Source of the DNA: a virus
Lineage: Duplodnaviria > Caudoviricetes
Reading direction: 5' to 3' (one strand)
Virus record (IMG/VR): IMGVR_UViG_3300033075_000275
Coordinates: 1 to 64,000 of that record
DNA: 64,000 nt
The notes below the pieces were generated by a model that searched no databases, was not told the origin of the DNA, and saw only the letters and a list, made by a program, of their open reading frames with translations. Below, piece after piece: positions 1 to 7,922 of this stretch (the first letter of the stretch is position 1; every line of letters begins with the position of its first letter). A program made the position numbers and the translations under genes.

Positions 1-57
1 AATCGAAACCCTTGCGGCGCACGGTGCAAGCGTGGCCTAGTACCTTACTGAACCCCC
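1..57 (-). tRNA. tRNA-Ala(TGC), 3' end cut by window edge, somewhat atypical
   Basis: Minus strand reads GGGGGTT..CCACG-CTTGCAC-CGTGC..CAAGG-GTTTCGATT; short D arm and one C-C mismatch in anticodon stem; directly downstream of a consensus promoter. Confidence 0.6.
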
Positions 58-68
58 AAGATGTAACT

Positions 69-97
69 ATTCTAGCACTATCTGATAGTCCTGTCAA
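69..97 (-). promoter_or_regulatory. sigma70/HrdB-type promoter for tRNA-Ala
   Basis: TTGACA-17 bp-TAGAAT on minus strand. Confidence 0.85.
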
Positions 98-108
98 GCA
101 AGTTTACG

Positions 109-181
109 CCTCCCCGGTAGGAATTGAACCTACGTATACTTGATCCGTAATCAAGCGCGTCATCCACTACGCTACGGAGAG
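109..181 (-). tRNA. tRNA-Arg(ACG)
   Basis: Cloverleaf; anticodon arm CTTGA-TTACGGA-TCAAG; T arm GTAGG-TTCAATT-CCTAC. Confidence 0.9.
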
Positions 182-182
182 T

Positions 183-257
183 TGGTCGGACACCGAAGAG
201 TCGAACTTCGTTCTGTTCCTTATCAGAGAACCGTACTAACCGTTATACTAGTGTCCG
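183..257 (-). tRNA. tRNA-Ile(GAT)
   Basis: Cloverleaf; GTTCT-CTGATAA-GGAAC; encoded CCA. Confidence 0.92.
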
Positions 258-379
258 TAGTAATGGGCCGGGTTTTGGTAAGCACTAGGTTCAAGGGTAC
301 CGGCCCGCTGACCTATTTTAACCATCGTGGCTGCTTTCTACTGACTCCTACATTATCGGTCATCAGTTACTCACATGCG

Positions 380-452
380 CTGCGCGGGCAGGATTCGAAC
401 CTGCGTGGCTTTGATTCAGAGTCAAAATGGGATGCCCGCAACCCTCCGCGCA
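380..452 (-). tRNA. tRNA-Gln(CTG)
   Basis: TTTGA-CTCTGAA-TCAAA anticodon arm; GCAGG-TTCGAAT-CCTGC T arm. Confidence 0.9.
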
Positions 453-453
453 T

Positions 454-525
454 TGGTGGCGGGAGCAGATTCGAACTGCAATTGGAGATTATGAGCCTCC
501 TGTGATTCCGTTTCACTATCCCGCG
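454..525 (-). tRNA. tRNA-Met(CAT), initiator-like
   Basis: CGCGGGA start with C1:A72 mismatch; GGAGG-CTCATAA-TCTCC; encoded CCA. Confidence 0.88.
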
Positions 526-532
526 AACCATA

Positions 533-541
533 AGTATAGCA
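533..541 (-). promoter_or_regulatory. extended -10 promoter (TGC-TATACT) for the fMet-Gln-Ile-Arg tRNA run
   Basis: TGnTANNNT just upstream of the tRNA 5' end at 525. Confidence 0.6.
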
Positions 542-546
542 TCAGT

Positions 547-1206
547 CTATATTACTGTCAAGAGCGGAGTATTGTCTATAGTAGATGGGATACTTCCATG
601 CTGTATGTTGACGGGTGGATGTTCCCATGGGCCAGGAGAGTATATCTGAACGATTCCAGCCCGCCCAAGTTTTGTAACAAATACATCTCCTGTAACTGTG
701 ATCGGCTCTAATTGTGCCCGCCTCAGAATTTTACGTGCGCCTGTAGGCCATACCATGATCGCTCCCAACGGCCACTCATGCCACATCGAACGAATGTATG
801 CATTATGAAATGAAGTCTCAGGTGCGTTGGGATTCACCCTGTCATATGGTGTATATAACTGGAATGCTTCCACCAGAAACCCCTTCATGCTGTGTAAATA
901 GTTGTCAAGTTCATAAATGAAAGAATGGATTGGTTCAGCATCATCCTCAAAAATAATCATCGGAGTCTCATGCTCCGAAATGTATTTGAATGTATTTATT
1001 AGTGACGCCCAATATCCTATTTCGCCCGCCCGAGTAGGGCGCCCGAAATCGAATTGATACTCTGGATTCTCTTCAAGCCATTTTGATGCATCGGCGGGTC
1101 CTACAAAATCAGGAAAGTGCTTTTTATGACCTGCCATTATTCTGTCTATGTAGTCTTTCTTTGACTTACGTGAGTCATCGACCGACATAATACAGTAATC
1201 ATACAC
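547..1206 (-). CDS. glycosyltransferase family 25-like protein
   Basis: GEIGYWASL and IIFEDDA motifs match the GT25 GExGCxxSH / xxEDDA pattern. Confidence 0.75.
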   Translation of the reverse strand: MYDYCIMSVDDSRKSKKDYIDRIMAGHKKHFPDFVGPADASKWLEENPEYQFDFGRPTRAGEIGYWASLINTFKYISEHETPMIIFEDDAEPIHSFIYELDNYLHSMKGFLVEAFQLYTPYDRVNPNAPETSFHNAYIRSMWHEWPLGAIMVWPTGARKILRRAQLEPITVTGDVFVTKLGRAGIVQIYSPGPWEHPPVNIQHGSIPSTIDNTPLLTVI

Positions 1207-1207
1207 G

Positions 1208-1278
1208 TAGCCCAGGCAAGAGTCGAACTTGCGACGAGAGGATATGAGTCTCTAGTTTTACCGTTAAACTACAGGGCC
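1208..1278 (-). tRNA. tRNA with CAT anticodon (elongator Met or Ile2)
   Basis: GGCCCTG start; AGAGA-CTCATAT-CCTCT; GCAAG-TTCGACT-CTTGC. Confidence 0.85.
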
Positions 1279-1289
1279 TTGATCTAACT

Positions 1290-1318
1290 ATTCTACTACT
1301 CCCCGCTTTTTCTGTCAA
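1290..1318 (-). promoter_or_regulatory. sigma70-type promoter for tRNA(CAT) and GT25
   Basis: TTGACA-17 bp-TAGAAT. Confidence 0.85.
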
Positions 1319-1581
1319 GCCCTTCTGTGAGCCTTTCTATGCTCACCGGCTGAGCAGACGAACAGATTTAGGTGGTGGTTGTCAGACTTTATCTCATTGA
1401 TGTGATGTACCTGCTCCCACGTCTCTAGTATGCGATCTAGTATAGCCTCCATGACAAGGCGATGCTCGTAGTACCACCCGCCCCGAAAAGACTTCGGATG
1501 CTCAGGCACCTTGACTATAACATACCCGTCAGGAGTCTGTCTAGTCTCCCTGGCCCACCATCTTTTTAGCGGGCGGTACAT
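1315..1581 (-). CDS. HNH homing endonuclease (HNH_3 type)
   Basis: YYEHRLVME...VHHINEIKSDNHHLNL; ATG at 1581 overlaps upstream TGA. Confidence 0.85.
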   Translation of the reverse strand: MYRPLKRWWARETRQTPDGYVIVKVPEHPKSFRGGWYYEHRLVMEAILDRILETWEQVHHINEIKSDNHHLNLFVCSAGEHRKAHRRA

Positions 1582-1991
1582 CAGTACCCGGTTATTGCGA
1601 CCCAAAATATCTTAATACCACGCATCTGCTGCTTGCTAGGGCTCAGAATTCTCACAGCAAAACTGGTGGCTACGGGAACTCGGGCATGGCTCACAGTGAT
1701 GTTGGCATTAGCGAGGGGCGTGAAGATTACGATGGGGGTCCACTTGGCGGTGTGAGCGACGGGGAACTTGATGACTTGCATGATGTTCCCCTTAAATGTC
1801 GGAACATTAAATATTCCAGACTGAATCCTGAACTTGTCACCAGAGTCACCAGACATAATCTGATTACCCTGCTGCATCACGATTCCTGTCGCCATTGCCT
1901 TCAAGGCATTGTCATTCTCGATCAGATCATTAATGACTTCGTAATCAACGAACCCGCCGCTAGCCAGCGGGGCTATCGACTTAAACGGCAC
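1581..1991 (-). CDS. hypothetical, probable virion/minor tail protein
   Basis: 136-aa ORF coupled to neighbours at the end of the tail module; beta-rich C-terminus. Confidence 0.55.
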   Translation of the reverse strand: MPFKSIAPLASGGFVDYEVINDLIENDNALKAMATGIVMQQGNQIMSGDSGDKFRIQSGIFNVPTFKGNIMQVIKFPVAHTAKWTPIVIFTPLANANITVSHARVPVATSFAVRILSPSKQQMRGIKIFWVAITGY

Positions 1992-2391
1992 TTAATTCTT
2001 CTCCTTCTATATGTAAATTACACTCTACAGACGAACACTCTATTACTCTGTTCCTGTCAAGGGAATAGACAGTAAAGACATCTGGACTTACGATATGTCT
2101 ACGCTTGTTGTCTGATATCAAGTATATTTTACCACTAGATATGTCTTGAATCAAAGTACCGTCTCTGAAACCTAGAGTGCCACCCTGTTTGATCCCGCTC
2201 AAACTTGACTCCCAGGCGACCACCACATCAACCCGCCAAGATTGTAGCACGCGATCACTGGCAAACTTATATCGCTTGCCATTTTTGATGTACCAAGTAT
2301 TTTTCTCTGTACGGACAACCATGCCGCCCGGCCATGCCAGCGGCTCAGCGCGAAGCGGTTGTTCTTCTATTACTTTCTTTTTCTTAAACAT
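1981..2391 (-). CDS. conserved-looking phage hypothetical protein
   Basis: Likely start MFKKKK at 2391; two internal similar units (..KRYKFASDRVLQSW / ..KRRHIVSPDVFTVY). Confidence 0.6.
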   Translation of the reverse strand: MFKKKKVIEEQPLRAEPLAWPGGMVVRTEKNTWYIKNGKRYKFASDRVLQSWRVDVVVAWESSLSGIKQGGTLGFRDGTLIQDISSGKIYLISDNKRRHIVSPDVFTVYSLDRNRVIECSSVECNLHIEGEELSAV

Positions 2392-2446
2392 AGTATCTTC
2401 TACTAGTATATATATTCTTATAGTATAAGAACATAGGGTAGCATCC

Positions 2447-2830
2447 TCACTGGTACTTGTCAAACCTCTCTAATAGATATGATCCGCCAGCCCCGACTGT
2501 CCAGGCAATAGAGGCAAAAAAACCGAACACCAGCGGGCCGCTTTCAATAGTGATAAATATGGTTCTACCGAACCAGACACACGCAGCGGTAAAAAATGCC
2601 CATGCCATGAATCGGTTAGAACGTCGCCACCAGGCCCACCAAAACATAAACGTAATAACCAGAGCAGTCCATCCAATTAGCAACTGTGCTACAATGTTCT
2701 GCACAATCCCGTCCCGAGTGATGATGTTTCCGACGAACAGCCCGAACGTCGCTATCGACACGGCCAGTGCGAATGGCCGGGCCTTGCGTCCAAATATTGA
2801 AAACGGTAGTTCTCGATTTCTACTGCCCAC
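2447..2830 (-). CDS. four-TM membrane protein, holin candidate
   Basis: Four hydrophobic segments in 127 aa; leaderless extended -10 promoter at 2837-2845. Confidence 0.55.
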   Translation of the reverse strand: MGSRNRELPFSIFGRKARPFALAVSIATFGLFVGNIITRDGIVQNIVAQLLIGWTALVITFMFWWAWWRRSNRFMAWAFFTAACVWFGRTIFITIESGPLVFGFFASIAWTVGAGGSYLLERFDKYQ

Positions 2831-2850
2831 TTGCTAATTATACCACTGTT

Positions 2851-3216
2851 TCAACAATATCTTGGATTCCATTTTGTTACTGTCCAATAATTATTTCCAC
2901 CAAGCCATACCTCAATAGTAAGCGAATGGCGTCCTCTATCTAACCTTGTATCTATACCACCATACAATGTTTTTCCAGGTCGTACCCACATCGGGAACAT
3001 AACAGAATGTGATGTGCCCTTATCAAACCATAACTCAAAGGTCCTGCCACGCGGTGCCTTTGGATCAACCGCCAAGCCCGCGATGATATCGTCACAATTA
3101 ACTGTTGTCCATGATACAGTCCAATCAATTCCTCTGTTAACTTGAATTGCCTGTGCTGGTGTAGCCACAAAGAATAGCAAAATTGATGCAATAAAAATAA
3201 TAATTGTTTTTTTCAT
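2851..3216 (-). CDS. secreted protein with Sec signal peptide
   Basis: MKK + hydrophobic stretch + AQA cleavage motif; AGGAGG RBS. Confidence 0.65.
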   Translation of the reverse strand: MKKTIIIFIASILLFFVATPAQAIQVNRGIDWTVSWTTVNCDDIIAGLAVDPKAPRGRTFELWFDKGTSHSVMFPMWVRPGKTLYGGIDTRLDRGRHSLTIEVWLGGNNYWTVTKWNPRYC

Positions 3217-3224
3217 TTTTCCTC

Positions 3225-5510
3225 CTAGATTTCTGCTGTGAATTCAAAGTAGCCGGTACCCGCTTGGTACAAGCAGGCTGGGCGGTATGCCGTTGCGCCA
3301 CCGCTCGTATTGAGGTCGAACTCCATAGTCTGCGCGGTGCAGTAGTTCGTCGCAACAGACGAGATCGACGGAGTAACAGAACCGTCGTAGAGATATATTG
3401 TACCAGAGTACGTAGGTGTAGGCGCGATCCGCATTGTAACAGGAAATGGCGCTGCACACCGAGCAGCAATACTAGAAGTAGTCCAAATCCCGCGCAATGG
3501 AGGTTGGGTCCACCTTTGATAGAATCGCTGACACCTGGCTAATTCTTCCCTCTCAGAAAGACTAACACCAAGAGTTCTTGTTTGACCAATCTCCAACTTT
3601 GGATCGGCTATTGTCATCGACACGTCCGTTGCTGACACAAACTCTACTTTTAATGTTTTTGCGGTAGAGGGAATCGTTCCAACAACCTGAAAATATGTTG
3701 GGGTTGTAGTCGCAGCCACCGTTGCGGTGATAGCGTCAGTTGTAATAGAGCCATAGGCTGTATCATCAGTTGTCGAATATCTGACTCTCATTATTACATT
3801 GGAACTGGACCCGGCTGCGATCATTGCAGACAGTACACATTTTTGCCCACGAAGCCTGTAGGCATCCTCAGACTCCAATGTCTGAACAAGTGAATTTGTG
3901 ACCGGTGTGGTGGCTCCGGTTGTGGAGATAGCGTATCTTGATTGACTTCCCGTCTGGCTGCTTGCTCTAGTAACGGTAGAATTAGATGTTGAACGCCATC
4001 TATCCGCTGTCATTGTATTTGTCGCGCCGAGACTGGAAGTTCCACGCTGCCATATTGTAAATGATGCATTATGCAAAAAGTTGTATCCTTGTTGTGGATA
4101 TCCATTACCTTGATCATCTATAATACGGCCCCAAATTCTTATAGTTCTCCCCTCGCCAGAAACAGTTTGTGTGCCAACAATATTAAGACCAGAAGAAAAA
4201 ATACCAGCCCCAAATATCCCATCATTACCGTCAGTCTGATTGGCATGACCATATTTAGTATATTTACCAGACGTAATTGATGTATTAGAGTTGAAGGTCT
4301 TGTCACCAGTGATTGTTTCTGTACCCGCCAGATGTACGACGAGAGAGTCCGTGCCGTAGACGGTCGTGTCCACGCTCCATGTGTTCGCACCATTTGTCTT
4401 TAGGAAACCCGATGTTCCGGTCAATGCGGCGATATTCGTCAGGTCCGTATCTAATGGTTGATATGAATGGGTATGGCCGGTTACTTCTAATGTTCCAGAA
4501 GCGGGAAGAGTGACGGAGGTATTCCCACTTGTGGCTAGAGTTACTGTATGTGTTGATGACCCTATTGATGTGTTTCCACTTATGGTTAGTGTCTTTCCTG
4601 TATTGGCTACTCCTGTTCCACCGTATTGTCCAGCAACTACCCCGCCGTTCCATGTTCCAGATGTTACTGTGCCTACTGTCGTTGCAGCCGCCGCGTTTAC
4701 AGCCGCCGTCGTCACTATTTCTGTCTTGACGTTTGCCAGTGTTTTTGGACGAATATATCCATCTGTAGCAGTTTCTACAAAGTAATGTGTTGCTGCCGTT
4801 GCTGTATCTGCAACCCCGGCCAAACTTATTAGTGGAATGGTTGTTGTAAGACTTGCTCCGGTCATTGTCAGTGTAGCATTCGTATGACCTATACCGATTG
4901 GAGTTGCTGATGTTCCTCCGGTAGCAAGGTTGAGGGCACCAGACGTTAACCCGGTCCCAATTGTGATAGACCCAGTTGTTACCTCGGACCATAAATCAGC
5001 GGCAGTGCCAGTAGATGCAACAATATTAGTCAAAACACCGTCTGTGAGCGTGATACCAGCAAGCGTCAGGGCTCCGGTACCACGGTTTAACGCAATGCTT
5101 GTTGTACCAATAAATACCGATGAGTTACCTAGAACTGCTGACGGAATGGTACCGGATGCAATATCAGCACCAGTAAGAGCAGCCCACGTTGGAGCCGCCG
5201 CCACGCCACCCGCCGAAACCGAACGTAGAAAACGATTGCTATTTGATGTATCACCAGCGAGCCTAGTTGGTGTACCGGATGCTCCACCATATAGTACATC
5301 TCCGAGAGTCGTCATTGGGTTCGTCATCAGGCCAGTTGTCGGATGCACATGGTCTTGTCTTGATGGTATTGTGCTTGTTCCGGGTCCAGCCGATCCTAGA
5401 GCAACGGGATTAGTAGATGAAAGCAGCGCACCGGCCAAGCCGGTCGCGCTAATAGTATCTCCTGATACTATGCCATTCTTGGTACGAAATTCCTTGTTTG
5501 TTGTTGCCAT
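3225..5510 (-). CDS. tail fibre / receptor-binding protein with C-terminal carbohydrate-binding-like domain
   Basis: 761 aa Thr/Gly/Ser-rich; NFLHNASFTIWQRG start of a CBM-like jelly roll. Confidence 0.75.
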   Translation of the reverse strand: MATTNKEFRTKNGIVSGDTISATGLAGALLSSTNPVALGSAGPGTSTIPSRQDHVHPTTGLMTNPMTTLGDVLYGGASGTPTRLAGDTSNSNRFLRSVSAGGVAAAPTWAALTGADIASGTIPSAVLGNSSVFIGTTSIALNRGTGALTLAGITLTDGVLTNIVASTGTAADLWSEVTTGSITIGTGLTSGALNLATGGTSATPIGIGHTNATLTMTGASLTTTIPLISLAGVADTATAATHYFVETATDGYIRPKTLANVKTEIVTTAAVNAAAATTVGTVTSGTWNGGVVAGQYGGTGVANTGKTLTISGNTSIGSSTHTVTLATSGNTSVTLPASGTLEVTGHTHSYQPLDTDLTNIAALTGTSGFLKTNGANTWSVDTTVYGTDSLVVHLAGTETITGDKTFNSNTSITSGKYTKYGHANQTDGNDGIFGAGIFSSGLNIVGTQTVSGEGRTIRIWGRIIDDQGNGYPQQGYNFLHNASFTIWQRGTSSLGATNTMTADRWRSTSNSTVTRASSQTGSQSRYAISTTGATTPVTNSLVQTLESEDAYRLRGQKCVLSAMIAAGSSSNVIMRVRYSTTDDTAYGSITTDAITATVAATTTPTYFQVVGTIPSTAKTLKVEFVSATDVSMTIADPKLEIGQTRTLGVSLSEREELARCQRFYQRWTQPPLRGIWTTSSIAARCAAPFPVTMRIAPTPTYSGTIYLYDGSVTPSISSVATNYCTAQTMEFDLNTSGGATAYRPACLYQAGTGYFEFTAEI

Positions 5511-5540
5511 GAGTTCACCTATCCCCCATGGGCGCCAGCG

Positions 5541-7505
5541 TTATGCTAGCGCCATACGGATTACCTTACAGTCAGTTGTGTTGTTGGCTGGCGTGATTCT
5601 TAGTCTTATATATGTTGATCCATCATAATCTGCATCAATTGTTGCAAGCGAGGCGCTCGTATATACTTCACCGTATACTGTCAAGTGAACATTGTTCGAA
5701 CTGTCCCGCGCAACCAATACCTCAGTGATATGTGTGTTTGTTGCGGTTGACAACGAAACAATGTACTTTACAGCCTTGTATGTGGCTGGTGTCCATTGAT
5801 CTGCTGTATATGGTGTCGCCGCTGTCGCCAGTGAAGTCTGAATTGCAGTGATATTGGCGTTTGCATCAATGTTAAGCCCGGTTTGGATTGTTGGCGTCGC
5901 TGGAATATCAAGCGTGATGGAGTTGGCGGCGTGCGTAACCGTTACTCTGTTCGATGTACCATTCAGGGTCTTGTATTCCTGAACGGTTGCTCCGTTGTTC
6001 ATTCCTAGCAACTGGTTTGCGGAACCCTTTGTCAACTTACCAAGAGTGTTGGCGGCGGAGGCATAAAGCAAGTCACCCTGCGCCCAGGTTGTCTGACCGG
6101 TACCACCGTTTGCGTATGTTACTGTGCCAGTTACGTTAGCAGCGTTACCGGAAATATTACCGCTGACATCAGAACCAGGAATAGATGAAACTGTTGTGAA
6201 CGCAGTTTGTGCGCTAGCCTTCAAATATCCAGCGGTAAAGGTTGTTGCTCCGGTTCCACCATTAGCAACCACTACTGTTCCAGTAACATTTGCGGCAGTT
6301 CCAGTAATGTTGCTGTCAGTGAATGCTACGGTCTTGCGTGTTGAGACGGGGGTGAAGTATAGGTTTGTACCATCGAATTCCATGGCCCCGGCTACTGCTG
6401 CTGTAAGGTTTGTTCCAGATACGAAGTACAGCGGTGCATTACCGGCACCAGCCGCACCTGTTCTCAGAGTAATAGCACCCGTCATCGTTCCGCCGCCCTT
6501 TGGCAGCGCAGCATTTGCTAGGTCATATGCAGATTTAACGGCATTAGGAGTGGCAGCGGTAGTTGTCGATGTTGATGACGTAGAATCAGTAAGTTGCAGA
6601 ATACCTGTTTGTGATGTAGAGCCAGCCCTGATGGCAGTACCACCAGCAGCAGTGATAAGACCCTTTGCGTTAACAGTGAACGTTGCAACAGTTACAGAGT
6701 CACCATATGATCCAACATTGGAGTTTACAGTAGCAAGCGTTCCAGCGGCAGTGACATTTCCACTACCATCGAAGTTTATGTTCCACGCAAGATCGCCAGT
6801 AATAGCAATATTACGTGCAGATGCCAGTGTTGCTGCTGATCCGGTCGTATTGAAGTTTGCGGTACCAACGGTTCCAGAGAATACTTCTGATGTATTGGTA
6901 GCATCTGGAATGAATGTAAGATATCCAGTGGAGTCATCGAATCCAAAGAATCCGACCTTAGCGGCAGAACCATTGTGCCATCTGAATTCTATACCACGAT
7001 CCTTGTTGTCATCTGATACCGGCGCTGTGTCTCCACCAATTGTGAATACTGGATCATCAACCGTTACTGTAGTCGAGTTAACGGTTGTTGTTGTACCATT
7101 GACAGTCAGAGTACCACTGACGGTAAGATTAGTGAATGTTGGCGAGGCAGCAACGTCGATGGTAACATCTGATCTATTGGCACCGGAGTTATCAACATTT
7201 GTAACTGTGATCTGGTTTCCACTGATAAGGTTAAGGCCGAGACGTTGTGTCTGAGCAGCACCATCATCGTAGAGTGTTTGATAGTTGCCGGAACCGGCGT
7301 GGGTATGATCACCGAGCGAAACAGTAGACGAGGATGTTCCAGTTGGTATTTGGGCAATAGGTATCTTGGTACCAGCATCAAGTGATGCTACACCATTAGC
7401 CGCCGCCTTATTAGCAACCACTAGAACCTGGCTACCATTTACTGTTGCTGTGGTGCCAGATACAACCAGTCCGGTTACCCTAAAATCCTTCACTACTGTT
7501 GCCAT
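5541..7505 (-). CDS. tail fibre protein
   Basis: Phage tail fibre repeat GILQLTDSTSSTSTTTAATPNAVKSAYDLA; GGTG repeats. Confidence 0.8.
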   Translation of the reverse strand: MATVVKDFRVTGLVVSGTTATVNGSQVLVVANKAAANGVASLDAGTKIPIAQIPTGTSSSTVSLGDHTHAGSGNYQTLYDDGAAQTQRLGLNLISGNQITVTNVDNSGANRSDVTIDVAASPTFTNLTVSGTLTVNGTTTTVNSTTVTVDDPVFTIGGDTAPVSDDNKDRGIEFRWHNGSAAKVGFFGFDDSTGYLTFIPDATNTSEVFSGTVGTANFNTTGSAATLASARNIAITGDLAWNINFDGSGNVTAAGTLATVNSNVGSYGDSVTVATFTVNAKGLITAAGGTAIRAGSTSQTGILQLTDSTSSTSTTTAATPNAVKSAYDLANAALPKGGGTMTGAITLRTGAAGAGNAPLYFVSGTNLTAAVAGAMEFDGTNLYFTPVSTRKTVAFTDSNITGTAANVTGTVVVANGGTGATTFTAGYLKASAQTAFTTVSSIPGSDVSGNISGNAANVTGTVTYANGGTGQTTWAQGDLLYASAANTLGKLTKGSANQLLGMNNGATVQEYKTLNGTSNRVTVTHAANSITLDIPATPTIQTGLNIDANANITAIQTSLATAATPYTADQWTPATYKAVKYIVSLSTATNTHITEVLVARDSSNNVHLTVYGEVYTSASLATIDADYDGSTYIRLRITPANNTTDCKVIRMALA

Positions 7506-7538
7506 TTCATCTCCATTATAGTGTTATTTTGTTATAAG

Positions 7539-7922
7539 TCAAGCCGTCATGCATGTTCTCATTATTCTTATCGAAGTGCTTGTTGATACTGGATCGAGTG
7601 TCAACTCTACGTTCGCACCGTTCACGTCTGCCGTTATTTCTCCAAGCACGGTGTTAGTCCAAACCTCACCATATATAGTTATATGAGCATCTGTGCCTGT
7701 ATGTACAACTGTTGCACATAGAGAATGAAAATCGGTTCCATGTATTATCTGAATCCAGTAGAATGCAGTTCTATATGTTGCCTTTGGGAAGGTGTCAACC
7801 ACTGTTGCCGTATCTATTGCATTTACAAGGACACCACGACCAGACGCAGCCCCGGCGAAGGATGCGTCTGTTCCTATTCCTATATCTTTTAGAACGTCTG
7901 CTCTATAGTTTCTAGATGGCAT
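7539..7922 (-). CDS. small virion protein paralogous to the C-terminal domain of the 654-aa fibre
   Basis: DTFPKATYRTAFY..HITIYGEV aligns by eye with DQWTPATYKAVKY..HLTVYGEV. Confidence 0.6.
   Translation of the reverse strand: MPSRNYRADVLKDIGIGTDASFAGAASGRGVLVNAIDTATVVDTFPKATYRTAFYWIQIIHGTDFHSLCATVVHTGTDAHITIYGEVWTNTVLGEITADVNGANVELTLDPVSTSTSIRIMRTCMTA

Noticed and set aside
310-370. Hammerhead ribozyme (CTGATGA...GAAA on minus strand)
   Set aside because: No proper stem II closing before GAAA and no stem III adjacent to GAAA with a UH cleavage site.
140-711. Plus-strand ORFs 140-505 and 427-711
   Set aside because: Antisense to tRNA genes and GT25.
2055-2060. TTGACA (minus strand) as promoter
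   Set aside because: Inside a CDS with no -10 at the right spacing.
4303-7254. Long alternative-frame and antisense ORFs over the fibre genes (4303-4992, 4930-5628, 6124-7254)
   Set aside because: Shadows of Thr/Gly/Ala-rich coding sequence; no RBS, no recognisable motifs.
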